DNA from: Cetorhinus maximus
Taxonomy: Eukaryota
Length of the DNA: 64,000 nucleotides
Assembly: GCF_964194155.1 (NCBI RefSeq)
Contig: NC_135907.1
Location: forward strand, 21,080,001-21,144,000
Direction: 5' to 3'
Shown here: positions 15,165 through 34,739 of the stretch, piece by piece
How the letters are laid out: every line of letters starts with the position of its first letter
Numbering within the stretch: position 1 is the first letter of the stretch
The notes under the pieces: model-generated
Database searches by the model: none
What the model saw: the letters and a program-made list of their open reading frames with translations, nothing else
What the model was told of the DNA's origin: nothing
Position numbers and translations under genes: made by a program

Positions 15165-17630
15165 TCAGTGGTAGATTCTATGGGGTATCTTGTTTGGGAG
15201 GAAAATCTCAATCTGACCCTAGCTGGCTGAACAAGGAACAGTTTGCTACTGGTGATGAATGAATATTCTTTTTTTTTCTCTTCAAGAACAACTCAATCCT
15301 TCAAACCTGTTTATACCAACTGTTGCAAAATGTAGGAAATCTTTATCAGTCCATTTGATGTTCCAAACATTTCAGTCCAGGAGTCAAATCCATTTCTTGC
15401 TCTGGATACATAGATGAGTTGAAGCTTTATATCCATGGAATTACTAGAAATACACTGGGGGAGCTCACTCCCTTCACCACATACTCCGGAGCTGCTCCTT
15501 TCAGTATTCTGGTGAGCTTTGTGAACAAAAGTAGGAAATAACAGCCGTGCAGACCTGGCTTCTGGGCGCTCTGAGCTCCTGGTACTAAATGGAATTATAA
15601 CTTGGTCATTGAGCAATACTGATATACCATCTTTAACTTGAGGGAGGGGAAGTGGTGATCTTCCTTGTTGGAAGAAGATTGAAATTGGTTCTGAAATCTG
15701 TCTCCAGACTCCCAACTGAATCTAAAATTAGGTTAGACTTTGAAGGGAGAGTAAAAGTTGGCAAACTATAGTTGAGCAAAATCTAATCCTTTGGCTCAGC
15801 AAGGAGTGAATGTAGTCAATTAAAAACAGAAGGTAATACCAAGCATGTTAAATGTTTCACTTAACACACCCTGTTCCATTAAATTCAATACCAGCAGCAC
15901 CTCCATAGATGTCTTTTTGACATTTAGTCCCAGTGGACATTTCATAGCCAATAGGAATCATCCTTTCCAAATCCTACTGCATCTCCATTAGTCTCCTTAA
16001 TCCTCAATGATTGAAGCTTTGTTGCTATGACTGCATTTATCCAATGTTTAACAGTTAATCTTAGGAACCTGGATGAGGACAATGTAACTAGAATCTTCAG
16101 TTATGAGATTGTTTATCATGTTAATGTCTTTATATCTCATGTTTTCATATTCCACAAATGGTAAAGGATGATTCTTGGCATTGTGAGCTTTTCATACCCA
16201 TCACCATCCCCACTCCCTACAGGCTGTGATACTGAATTCAAAGATTCCTGTGGAAAAAATAAATCAATAGTTTCCTCAATCAGTAGCCACAGATCTACAT
16301 CAAAGTTTCTGTTGGCCATTGAGTGACCATGTGATGTCCATCAGTTTGGACAAAGCTCTTTGTGCCCACAGGACATTCACTGTATCTCAGATCCTTGTTG
16401 ACCCTAACAGGTGTAAACACCTGGATACATTTCCTGTTCAGGTGGATCAACTGTGCCCATCGGTGGCGTCTCTCTCGAGTGGCTCGTGCCTGCAGAGTGA
16501 CTGGTGGCTCCAGATGTGAATCACTGTCACCTCCATCTGGCCCAGCTAAACTTGAGTTTTAATCCAAGGAAACACATCTGATCGCCTGATCCAGGACTGA
16601 TCCACTTCTGTAATGAAATGGGATGTGCACACGTGGAATCTCAGTGAAACAGTAACATGAGGGGAAAGAGCCAGAGGGAGAGATGTGGAGAATTATTTTT
16701 AAGCAGTGAGTTGTTGTGATCTGGAAAGCACTGTCTGAAAGGATGGTGGGAACAGATTTAATAACTTTGAGGGAAATGGGTATATACATGAAAATGAAAT
16801 ACATTTGTAAGGTTATTGGTAAAGAGCAGGGGTGTGGGACCAGATGGATAGTTCTTATAAAAAAACCCAGCACAGGGCACATGGGTTGAATGGCCTCCTT
16901 CTGTGCTTTATGAATCTACAGTGAGTTAAAGAGCTTCTGAATATCATTTCATTCAGATTCAAATATTCTCCAACCACTTTGAAAATTGACCATTAAAGGA
17001 CACATCTAACATACAACATTGACAGGCAGGAAAAGACCAGCTTCTCCATAAGGCCTGTCCCAAAACCCACTGCAGCAAATGGAGACGTGTCTGTGGGTGA
17101 CACTGGATTCAGTGATGTTCACTCCCTCTCACTCTCACATTTCCATTTCTCTGTCCAATGGTTGCTTTGAAAATCCCCTCACGATGACTTGATTGCTTTG
17201 AATATTGTTTCAGCTTCATCTTTCCTGGCAAATAACAAACTTGTCCAGATTATGAAAAGCCACTTCAGCAAAAGTAACAAATTATCATTAAATTCAAATC
17301 AGAGCGTTAAACAATGAGGCATTTTCACATTTGAAGAAGGTCAAGGAACCCAAAAGCAGTGACATCATCAAGACAAATCTCCCAAACCTGCCTGTATTCC
17401 AAAGCTCTGATTGGCTCTGGGTCTCACTCCCTCCCCCACAAACCCTCTTCTTTGTTAATTGGTGCCTGGATTCATGGGAGTTCCTGACTGGCTATCGGGA
17501 ATTGTCAATGATCATTGGTGATGTCATTCCCTGTTTGAATGCAGGATGTCCCAGTTGTATAAATACAAGAGCTTGTGTTAGAGGGGATCAGTTTTTGAAC
17601 TTTCTAGGTTATACTGAGCAGTAATATTGA
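15165..17630 (+). repeat. Intergenic spacer of the duplicated ferritin unit
   Basis: Highly similar to about 20485-22950; more diverged copies at about 27220-28480, 49650-55540 and 58450-61510. Confidence 0.85.
17358..17565 (+). promoter_or_regulatory. Promoter of ferritin copy E
   Basis: TGACATCA/TGATGTCA, ATTGG at 17410, 17458 and 17514, TATAAATA at 17558-17565. Confidence 0.7.
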
Positions 17631-17632
17631 AG

Positions 17633-19715
<2,083 letters not shown>

Positions 19716-20039
19716 ACTGACTGCAGGCAACAATCTTATTGTAGTCATATAATATGGACCTGCTAGTTCCCAGTAGTTCAAGGAACTGTTCAGATGTGGG
19801 CTTCATTGTGAAACCTAACCCTAAATAAATAAAATATGGACTGCATTTTGGCTTATTGTGATTTGTTTAAATGGCTGCTTGTTTTCAGATTAATGCAGTT
19901 TGCCTTTTTACAACAGTGGTTGAATTGCAAATGAGTGAAATGTTGGCAGTCTCTCCAATTTGGGATAAGCCTATTGGAACTGAATAGAAATGCTCTCTTG
20001 CATTGATCTAGTGCCTTTGTACAACCAAATTTGCGACTT

Positions 20040-20470
20040 CACAGAATCACAGTGCAGGAGAGGCCCTTCGGCCCATCGAGTCTGCACCAACACATGAGAA
20101 ACACCTGACCTACCTACCTAATCCCATTTACCAGCACTTGGCCCATAGACTTGAATGTTATGATGTGCCAAGTGTTCATCCAGTCACTTTTTTGAAAGGA
20201 TGCGAGGCAACCCGCCTCCACCACCCTCCCAGGCAGCGCATTCCAGTGTCAGCACCCTCCTGGGTTTTAAAAAAAAAAAAAAAAGTTTTTCCTCACATCA
20301 ACTCCTCACCCACCACTGCCCCTCACCTTGAGCTTTATGCCAACTTGTGACTGACCCTTCAACTAAGGGGAACAGCTGCTCCCTGTCCATGCCCCTCATA
20401 ATCTTGTACACCTCGATCAGGTCGCCCCTCAGTCTTCTCTGCTCCAATGAAAACAACCCAAGTCTGTACT
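20040..20470 (-). mobile_element. CR1-type LINE 3' fragment inserted into the E-F spacer
   Basis: Minus ORF RLGLFSLEQRRLRGDLIEVYKIMRGMDR (CR1 C-terminus); absent from the homologous D-E spacer at about 15160. Confidence 0.8.
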
Positions 20471-22956
20471 TGAGCCAGATCAATGGTAGATTCTAAGGGG
20501 TATCTTGTTTGGGAGGGAAATCTCAAATCTGACCCTAGGTGGCTGAATAATGAGCAGTTTGTCACTGGTGATGAATATTCTTCTGTGTTTTTTTTTGTAT
20601 TAAGAACCACTCTCAATCCTTCAAACCTGTTCTATACCGACTGTTGCAAAATGTAGGAAATCTTTATCCGTCCATTTGATGTTCCAAACATTTCAGTCCA
20701 GGAGTCAAATCCATTTTTTGCTCTGAATACATAGATGAGTTGAAGCTTTATATCCATGGAATTACTAGAAATACACTGGGGGAGCTCACTCCCTTAACCA
20801 CATACTCCGGAGCTGCTCCTTTCAGTATTCTGGTGAGCTTTGTGAACAAAAGTAGGAAATAACAGCCATGCAAACCTGGCTTCTGGGAGCTCTGAGCTCC
20901 TGGTACTAAATGGAATTATAACCTGGTCATTGAGCAATACTGATGTACCATCTTTAACTTGAGGGAGGGGAAGTGGTGATCTTCCTTGTTGGAAGGTGAT
21001 TGAAATTGGTTCTGAAATCTCTTGAGATTCCCAACTGAATCTAAAATTAGGTTAGACTTTGAAGGGAGAGCAAAAGTTGTCAAACTATAGTTGAGCAAAA
21101 TCTAATCCTTTGGCTCAGCAAGGAATGAATGTAGTAAATTAAAATCAGAAGGTAATACCAAGCATGTTAAATGTTTCACTTAACACACCCTGTTCCATCA
21201 AATTCAATACCAGCAGCACCTCCATAAATGTCTTTCTTTTTTACTTTTAGTCCCAGTGAACATTTCATGGCCAATAGGAATCATCCTTTCCAAATCCTAC
21301 TGCATCTCCATTGATCTCCTTCATCCTCCATGATTGAAGCTTTGTTGCTATGACTGCATTTATCCAATGTTTAACAGTTAATCTTAGGAACCTGGGTGAG
21401 GACAATGTAACTAGAGTCTTCAGTTATTAGAATGTTTATCATGTTAATGTCTTTGCATCTGTCAAGTTTTCACATTCCACAAATGGTAAAGGATGATTCT
21501 CGGCATTGTGAGCTTTTCATACCCATCACCATCCCCACTCCCTACAAGGTTGTGATACTGAATTCAAAGTTTCCTGTGGAAAAAATAAATCAATAGTTTC
21601 CTCAGAATCAGTAGCCACAGATCTACATCAAAGTGTCTGTTGGCCATTGAGTGACCATGTGATGTCCATCAGTTCAGACAAAGCCTTTTGTGGCCACAGG
21701 ACATTCACTGTATCTCAGATCCTTGTTGACCCTAACAGGTGTAAACACCTGGATACATTTCCTGTTCAGGTGGATCAACTGTGCCCATCGGTGGCATCTC
21801 TCTTGAGTGGCTCGTGCCTGCAGAGTGACTGGTGGCTCCAGATGTGAATCACTGTCACCTCCATCTGGCCCAGCTAAACTTGAGTTTTAATCCAAGGAAA
21901 CACATCTCATCGCCTGATCCAGGACTGATCCACTTCTGTAATGAAACCAAATGTGAACAGGAGATCTCAGTGAAACAAAAACACGAGGGGAAAGAGCCAG
22001 AGGGAGAGATGTGGAGAATTATTTTTAAGCAGTGAGTTGTTGTGATCTGGAAAGCACTGTCTGAAAGGATGGTGGGAACAGATTTAATAAGTTTGAGGAG
22101 GGTATATACATGAAAATGAAATACATTTGTAGGGTTATTGGTAAAGAGCGGGGGTGTGGAACCAGATGGATAGTTCGTATAAAAAAACCCAGCACAGGGC
22201 ACATGGGTTGAATGGCCTCATTCTGTGCTTTATGAATCTACAGTGAGTTAAAGAGCTTCTAAATATCATTCCAATCAGATTCAAATACTCTTCAGCCACA
22301 TTGAAAGTTGACCATTATAGGACACATCTAACATACAACATTGACCGGCAGGAAAAGACCAGCTTCTCCATAAGGCCTGTCCCAAAACCCACTGCAGCAA
22401 CTGGAGACGTGTCTATGGGTGACACTGGATTCAGTGATGTTCACTCCATCTCACTGTCACATTTCCATTTCTCTGTCCAATGGTTGCTTTGAAAATTCCC
22501 TCATGACGACTTGATTGCTTTGAATATTGTATCAGCTTCACCTTTCCTGGGAAATAACAAACTTGTCCAGATTATGAAAAGCCACTTCAGCAAAAGTGAC
22601 AAATTATCATTAAATTCAAATCAGAGTGTTAAACAATGAGGCATTTTCACATTTGAAGAAGGTCAAGGAACCCAAAAGCAGTGACATCATCAAGACAAAT
22701 CTCCCAAACCTGCCTGTATTCCAAAGCTCTGATTGGCTCTGGGTCTCACTCCCTCCCCCACAAACCCTCTCCTTTGTTAATTGGTGTCTGGATTCATGGG
22801 AGGTTCCTGACTGGCTATCGGGAATTGTCAATCATCATTGGTGATGCCATTCCCTGCTTAAATGCAGAATATCCCAGCAGTATAAATAGAAAAGCCTGGG
22901 TTGGAACAGGTTAGTTCTAGAACTTTCTAGGTGATAGTGAACGGTAATAGTTAAAG

Positions 22957-25333
<2,377 letters not shown>

Positions 25334-25835
25334 AGTGAATTTACTGTAGGGATCCAGTTTGTGTTTAGTACCATATTTGTATAATTGACCTTTGGACCTG
25401 GGCCTAACAGCTTGTGAAGTTGTACAAAGATCTCTTGAGACCTGGGCTCACTTCTGAAATGTACTAAAATAAAACGCAGTTTGTATTGAAGAGTTTATCT
25501 CTGTTTTCAGGTTAATGTGTCTAACTTTTTGCCAGTTAAGGTACTGGATTGTGAACTGCTTTATCACAGGCCCCTGCAGTTAGTCTGTCAACATGTAATT
25601 CAGTCTAATTCATTGTTTGGAGTAATCTTTAATTCTTTTGTGCATTTCAATATGTTGTAACCATTTATTGCAATATAATAGAATGCATTTGTTGTAGAAC
25701 CAGATTTGATACTTGAGCCATTTAGGGAAATGGGCGACCAAACTCTTAATCAGCAGTAGGTTTCTAAAGAGTGTTAAAGACCCTTCTATCCCAGCAATAC
25801 CCTCAGATACAATCCCAGTGAAGAATTACCACTAT

Positions 25836-26560
25836 TGTTATGGCACAGCCGATAGTAAATCCTGAGTTCTTCAAATCCCAAAGGGAAACACCTGCTGCAA
25901 TTTGTATAAATGTCAATGTGTGCCTTGAATTTATTAGTAATAAGACCACCAAGCCTCCTAGGTGTTTACAAAACTCGATTAAACATTTACTAATAAGAGA
26001 AATGATTTTAAATACACAAAGATCTACAATTTACTATGATAACTTCTAAATCCCCTAGTTAATCTAACTCCCAGTTACACTTTTGTTAAGGCAATAGTAA
26101 GACAGCCTTTATGGCAAGGTAACACAATACCCTGAGCCAGTTGAATTCAAAGTGTGTTTTCTTAACTTCAGTTATTTGAAAACAGCAACTTGAGACTTAG
26201 ATGGTGACCATTTTTTTCCCAAACTTTTTAAAAAATGCCTACACTTACGCACAGCCTTTGTTCCTTTTATACATATTTTCCCCTTTGTATGCAAGTTCCC
26301 ATTGTTTCACTGTCTTTAGACTTTATCTTCCTGTAATTAAAAACCTCCCCAGTAAGTTTTACCAGTAATCTTTTGAGGGGGGGAAAAAAATAAACAGTTT
26401 CTAAACTTCACCTGGCTAGGTGACACATTTCACCCCTCCTTTGCAAGCAATTTAGTCTAGTTTATTTAAGACTGCAAATGTCTTTTTACTAATGGTCTAA
26501 ACTTACCCCATGTTTACATCAAAGCTTTCAGACCAGCTGTCTTTAATCCAATTAAGTCTT
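25836..26560 (-). mobile_element. LTR-like repeat (same family as 7806-8420); may extend to about 27200
   Basis: Colinear similarity with 7806-8420 over about 600 bp; it replaces the normal spacer sequence. Confidence 0.5.
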
Positions 26561-28487
26561 TCACATACCCCCTCCTGCTATTTTACTATAAGTTCTACTA
26601 ACATTTAGAATTATATCTTCCCCACACTATCTTAACACCAAAGCTGATTCCTTTGGCTGACCCAGTTGTAAACCGTTTTCTTCTGGTGGATTTCTGAGCA
26701 TTTGCTCGATGCTTTTTTTTTTTCAAGCTGGTATCTCTCTCTCTGACAAACCCAAAACCACACTCAACTCACTCTTACTTCAAATGCAGAGCAAACACGA
26801 GTTTCCTAAACTCAGTTTCCCCCAGCCGTCTTACAGTATTTCTTTGCTGAGAGCTTAGAATTCCTGTTTTCACTCTACCATATACACACTCAACAACTTT
26901 TCTGCCTTTCTCTGTGTCCCTGCGTCACCGGACCCTTGTCACTAGGCAACAGCACCATTCTTTTCTACCTTGTTTTTCCCAAATCACTAAACCCCAACTC
27001 CCTTTTTAGCCAATCTCTCTGTTTTGAGGGGTGTCAAACTGCATTAAAAATGCATGTATACAAACAAACCCAGAAAGCTTGATGTTTTTTTTGCTAGGAA
27101 ACCCTCCGGACTGTCTGGCATGGAGATTTCAGAAAATTGAAATAAAACTATTTATTCCACCTTTCTTGACACAAAAGTATAAATGCTAATTAGACCTGGT
27201 TATACATCATTCTGAACAATACCCATCACCATTCCTGTTTCTTGTAGGTTGTGAGATGGAGTTCAAAGATTTTCCTGTGAAAAGGATCAATCAATATTCC
27301 CTCAGAACCAGTATCCACAGACCTTCATCAAAGCCTCTGGTGTCCAGCTGGGTGGACATTGAGTGACCATGTGATGTCCATCAGTTTGGAGCAAGCCCTT
27401 TGTGCCCATAAGACATTCACTGCATCTCAGATCCTTTTTGACCAGAACAGGTGTAAACACCGGGGTGCATTTTCAGTTCAGGTGGGTCAACTGTGCCCAT
27501 TGGTGGTGTCTCTCCTGAGAGGCTCATGCCTGTAGCGTGATTCGTGGCTCCAGATGTGAATCACTGTCATCTCCATCTAAACCAGAGCTTTAATCCAAGG
27601 AAACACATGACATCACCTAATCCAGGACGGATCCACTTCTGTAACAAAACCAGATGTGAACGTATGGGATTTCAGAGAAACAGTAACGTGAGAGGAAAGA
27701 TCCAGAGGGAGAGATGAGGAGAATTATTTTTAAGCAGTGAGTTGTCACAATCTGGGATGCACTGTCTGAAAAGATGGGGGAAGCGGATTCAATAAAAACT
27801 TTGAAGAGGGAATTGGATATATACATGAAAAGGAAATAAATTTGCAGGTTTATGGGGAAAGAGCAGGAGTGTGGGACTAATTAAATACTTATATCAAAGA
27901 GCCAGCACAAGTCCCAGCAGTTGAATTGTCTCCTCCCGTGTTTTATGAATCTATAGAGAGTTAAAGAATATCCGAATATCATTTCAATCAGGTTAAAATA
28001 TTCTCCAGCCACATTGAAAGTTGACCACAATAGGACAAATCTAACACACAACAGTGGTGAGCAGGAAAAGACCAGCTGCTCCATCAAGCCTGTCCCAAAG
28101 CAGCTTCAACACTTACAAACTTGTCCAGATTATGAAAAGCCACTTCAGCAAAAGTAACAAATTATCATTAAATTCAAATCAGAGCGTTAAACAACGAGAC
28201 ATTTTCACATTTGAAGAAGGTCAAGGAACCCAAAAGAAGTGACATCATCAAGACAAATCTCCCAAACCTGCCTGTATTCCAAACCTCCCCATATCAGATC
28301 ACCCCCACCCCCTCTCCTTTGTTAATTGGTGCCTTGACTCATGACACTTTCCTGACTGGCTATCTGGGATTGTCAATCATCATTGATGATGTCATTCCCT
28401 GTTTGAATACAGCATAACCCTGTAGTATAAATACAAGAGTTTGTGTTAGGGAAAACTGGTTATACAGCTTTCTAGGTAATAGTGAAG

Positions 28488-28589
28488 ATGGCTTCCCAAG
28501 TGCATCAGAACTACCACAAGGACTGTGAGGATGCTGTTAACCAGCAGATCAACCTGAAGCTCTATTCCTCCTATGTTTACCTCTCCATG
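28488..28589 (+). pseudogene. Ferritin copy G: promoter plus exon 1 only (E27K), cut in intron 1
   Basis: TATA 28426-28433; [34 protein letters not shown]|gt; intron 1 homology stops at about 28772. Confidence 0.85.
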
Positions 28590-29221
28590 GTGGGATTTGT
28601 ATTCTTTGTCACTATGTTCTGTAAAGTTGCAAATTCTCTATGACTTTATATGAGATGACTTTATAAACTATATTTCTCTTCACTTTTTTCCCTGGGGTGA
28701 AAGAATCATTGAGCAGTGTGTAATACAGGGTGATGTGAAGTGAATGGACTGTTTCCTGTAGCAGCTGCTCTCAACTGAGGAAATGTATCCGGGTGTTTAC
28801 ACCTGTTCTGGTCAAAAAGCATCCGAGATGCAGTGAACATCCTGTGGTCACAAAGGGCTTTGCCCAAACTGATGGACATCACATGGTCACTCAATGGCCA
28901 CCCAGATGGACAACAGACACTTTGATGGAGATCTGTGGTTACTGGTTCTGAGGGAACTATTGATTGATCCTTTTCACAAGAAACTCTGAATTCAGTATCA
29001 CAACCTCTAGGGAGTGGGGATGGTGATGGGTGTGACAAGCTCATGATGCTGGGAATTATTGAATCTTCATACAGCAAAAAAAAATCAAAGTGACCAGAAG
29101 CAACTTTGAGATGCTGAGTCATTAAAGTGGAATGACTGAAAAACCAAAGTTTCTCTAATTCCCTTTATTGTCGTGTCTGCAACTTTAAGGAACCACTGCT
29201 TGTGAACAACATATTTGATCC

Positions 29222-30859
29222 TAAACAAAAACAGAATTACCTGGAAAAACTCAGCAGGTCTGGCAGCATCGGCGGAGAAGAAAAGAGTCGACGTTTCGAG
29301 TCCACATGACCCTTCAACAGAACTGAAGTATAGTTAGGAGAGGGGTGAAATATAAGTTGGTTTAAGGTGGAGGGCGGGGGGAGAGAAGTTGAGGGGGGTG
29401 TGGTTGTAGGGACAAGCAAGCAGTGATAGGAGCAGATAATCAAAAGATGTCACAGACAAAAGGATCAAAGAGGTGTTGAAGGTGGTGATATTATCTAAGA
29501 AAAGTGCTAATTAAGAATGGGTGGCAGGACACTCAAGGCACAGCTCTAGTGGGGGTGGGGTGGAAAGACTGACAAGGTATTAGTTGTAGATTTAAAAATA
29601 ATGGAAATAGGTGGGAAAAGAAAAATCTATATAAATTATTGAAAAAAAAACAAAAGGGAGGGGGAAGAAACGGGGTGGGGATGGGGGGAAGGGGAGTTTA
29701 AGATCTAAAGTTGTTGAATTCAATATTCAGCCCGGAAGGCTGTAAAGTGCCTAGTCGGAAGATGAGGTGCTGTTCCTCCAGTTTGCGCTGGGCTTCACTG
29801 GAACAATGCAGCAAGCCAAGGGCAGACATGTGGGCAAGAGAACAGGGTGGAGTGTTAAAATGGCAAGTGACAGGGAGGTTTGGGTCTTTCTTGCGGACCG
29901 ACCGCAGCTGTTCTGCAAAGCGGTCGCCCAGTTTGCGTTTGGTCTCTCCAATGTAGAGGAGACCGCATTGGGAGCAACGAATGCAGCAGACTAAGTTAGG
30001 GGAAATGCAAGTGAAATGCTGCTTCACTTGAAAGGAGTGTTTGGGCCCTTGGACGGTGAGGAGAGAGGAAGTGAAGGGGCAGGTGTTGCATCTTCTGCGT
30101 GGGCATGGGGAGGTGCCATAGGTGGGGGTTGAGGAGTAGGGGATGATGGAGGAGTGGACCAGGGTGTCCCGGAGGGAACGATCCCTACGGAATGCCGTCA
30201 GGGGGGGTGAAGGGAAGATGTGTTTGGTGGTGACATCATGCTGGAGTTGACGGAAATGGCGGAGGATGATCCTTTGAATGCGGAGGCTGGTGGGGTGATA
30301 AGTGAGGACAAGGGGGACCCTATCATGTTTCTGGGAGGGAGGAGAAGGCGTGAGGGCGGATGCGCGGGATATGGGCCGGACACGGTTGAGGGCCCTGTCA
30401 ACGACCGTGGGTAGAAAACCTCGGTTAAAGAAGAAGGAGGACATGTCAGAGGAACTGTTTTTGAAGGTAGCGTCATCAGAACAGATGCGACGGAGGCGAA
30501 GGAACTGAGAGAATGGGATGGAGTCCTTACAGGAAGCGGGGTGTGAGGAGCTGTAGTTGAGGTAGCTGTGGGAGTCGGTAGGCTTGTAATGGATATTGGT
30601 GGACAGACTATCATCAGAAATTGAGACAGAGAGGTCAAGGAAGGGAAGAGAAGTGTCAGAGATGGACCATGTGAAAATGATGGAGGGGTGGAGATTGAAA
30701 GCAAAATTAATAAATTTTTCCAGGTCCCGACGAGAGCATGAATCAGCACTGAAGTAATCATCGATGTACCGGAGAAAGATTTGTGGGAGGGGGTCGGAGT
30801 AGGACTGGAACAAGGAATGTTCCACATACCCCATAAAGAGACAGGCATAGCTGGGGCCC
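29222..30859 (-). mobile_element. Penelope-like element, 5'-truncated copy (RT C-terminus plus GIY-YIG)
   Basis: ORF 30834-29698 with RYIDD, CPRRRCNTC linker and LVCCIRC...YIGET motif; 3' region homologous to 35791-36237. Confidence 0.92.
29284..29326 (-). ncRNA. Minimal type I hammerhead ribozyme-like motif of the PLE
   Basis: Sense strand CAGTT-CTGTTGA-A-GGGTC-atgtg-GACTC-GAAAC-GTC-GACT; core position 6 is non-canonical. Confidence 0.55.
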
Positions 30860-32263
30860 TACACAGTTGCATGGTCCCACAGCTCAAAGATGGCAAATTC
30901 ATTAAGTCAGTGCAGTTCTCAACAAGTTCCTCAAATTAACTTGTAAACATGGATAATTGCAGCCGTAGCATCAACCTTTGAATCTACTTATAGGAGCAAA
31001 GGCAACATTGGAATTCGAGCAGGATGAGTTATTTGGTATGGAATGTTCCTGGTGCCCAAATATATACATGAGTTGGTTTTATAAATTGATAGGCATGGGG
31101 GGTAGTGGAAGGTGAAGCAGCTTTTTAACTCATCATATTTTAAGTTATTTGCTTTACATATTCACTCCATCCAGAAGGATTAGATTGGAGTATGGTTCCA
31201 CACCCCTGTTCCTCACCCTTCAATATATCTACCTGACTTGCAGTGACAGCTAACCTAAATTCACTTGACAGAACAAGAAAGATTTTCAGAACCATCTTCC
31301 TTACCTTATACTTTCACTCACACTAAAGGCCAGAAGAATTATGACATCTCTGGCTGATTGCCCCAATAGTCACCAGTTTCATTCCTTTTAGGATGTTGAA
31401 TGACAGTGTTTTTGATTTGGGGGGAGGGGGTGGAAAAAGTAGTGGGGCTCATACTGAGCATTGCAGTCAGGGCTCAAAGCTTACCAGGAAGTCTGAAGCT
31501 ATTATGAATTTGGTTAAGTGTTTTATGGTATCGCACAGTCAGAACTGAGATTGGCAGAAGCTTATTAATTGATGAAATTGTCTCCTCTCCCACTGCTGCC
31601 TCCAAAAAAAAACTAGTCAGGTCTTTGGACTGACATAGTGCAAGACTAAATTCATTATTTACCTATTCGCACAAAAGTTGCAGCATCTGATTTTTTGGTG
31701 TAATGAGGGAAAGTTGTCATTGATGCAGAGAGTCACCATGCAATGGGAATAGTTCCTTGTATTTATGCTGCTTCAAGCCAGATAATTAGTTGCTCCCCAA
31801 ACTTGTTGCCCTCTAACACAGCTTCCTAAGTTTGGGGTCACTGAACATCACTCCTTAAGTGGGGTCAGCATCAGATTGTTCAGTAACAATTCATGAATCA
31901 TCTTGGGAATATTTTTACCACATTAATAAGGCACTATGTATACCAAGTCGTCATTTTGCAACAAGTTTGAGAAGAGCACATCTTCCCAGATGTAAAGAGC
32001 TGAACACCTGGATAAAGCGGTTACACAGCTCAGTGTAACAATCATTCCTTTCATTTTCTCCACCCTGGATATCGTTTGAAATTTAGGAAGGAAGGAAGCA
32101 CAAGTCAGTCCAATAGTAAGCAGTTTATTTACAAAATGTTACATTTTACATCAAGACCAGGTCACAACTGATGCAAAAGCCACTATTCCCTACAGGACTG
32201 GATTGTTCCATCTCAGATTATACAATACTAGTATTAAACACAAGTTTGTCCCCTGCAGTCAGT

Positions 32264-33209
<946 letters not shown>

Positions 33210-34565
33210 TGAAGTGGATTATAACTGCACACCCAATGGGGACTACCCTAGATCAAGTGCACTCCCTTAATAATCATCATCTTCACTTGGGTTCAAAGCA
33301 ACCACCTCAGACACTCGTTTGGGTCTAAAGTAGTGAACTACACCTCTCCCAAGGAATACGATTATCAAGAGATATTACCTTCTTCCAGATGGCCAAGTTA
33401 TTTAACAGGCTAAGTTATAATCACACAGATATTACAGGTGTCCGCAAGTCTCTCTTTAAAAAAAAATGCAATCTTCCCACTTTCAAAAAAATAGAAGGTG
33501 GGTTCTTAAACGGCATAGATTAGACTACGAGACATTATACATTAAATTTGTAAATAAGTTAGTGAAGAATTATTTAACATACAATAGAGTAGATTAGTGC
33601 ATGACTATAAAAAGATAAAGAATAGTCTTTGTTCTAAGAGAATCCAGTGAAAAAGACTTAATACTATGCTGCGGTGAAAATTACTTTGAATGTTTGATGG
33701 ATATCCATAACTAATGTGTTATCTTAAATCTCCAAATGGCTCAGTTGAGTAGTGGGGCTCATACTGAGTGTGGCAGTCAGAGCGCAAAGCTGGGGTCATC
33801 CAAAATTACACTATTTGTCTTTAACTTCAATGCCCCTATCACCCCTGGGTTGCTGACCTACATCAGTCCCTGATCAAGTAATGGTTTGATTTTAAAATTC
33901 TCATCGTTCTTTAATTGCTTCATGGCCATCCCTCCCTATCTCTCATCTTCTCCAACCTTCCAAGATCTATTGGTGGCTGTCTCTTTAGCATCCCCCTACA
34001 CACCTTGAAACCTGCCTTTTTGACTATCTATCCTTAGTTGTGCCATAGATGTTTTATGATGCCCCTGCAAACCACTGCGTTATTAAGTTATGGACAGCTG
34101 CATGCCACCTTTGTAATGAGAAGTATCAACCCCAACTTCTTACCTACAAGAGAAATCTGAGGGTTTTTTTATTGCTTGGAAATGGCTAGAAGTCACTGGA
34201 CAATTTTAGGTGTTTAACAGTGTTACAGTAATTTATCTTTTGTTGTATTGGGCAATTATTGTTGCCATTTATTTTACACATATTAACTACAATCAGGATG
34301 TGATTTATTGCAAAGTACACAGAATCAAGATTACACCATGACATAATTAGAAGGTCCAATGAATGTCAAGACTCAATCCCATGATCTGTTACATAATAAC
34401 TGTTCAAGTTGTTACAGCCAAAGCAACCACTCAATCTAACAAGGAGGCAGACTTCAATTCATTTTTTAATAATCCATTTATTCAGTTATTTCACATCAAG
34501 AGCACCAAATAGAATCATTCCCTAAAGGACAGAGTTAGGGTCTCATGACATAATCCCCACAGTCA

Positions 34566-34739
<174 letters not shown>

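Noticed and set aside
17331-17624. Recurrent ORFs MKKVKEPKSSDIIKTNLP... upstream of several ferritin copies
   Set aside because: TTG-initiated frames over the duplicated promoter, with variable stops between copies and no coding signature
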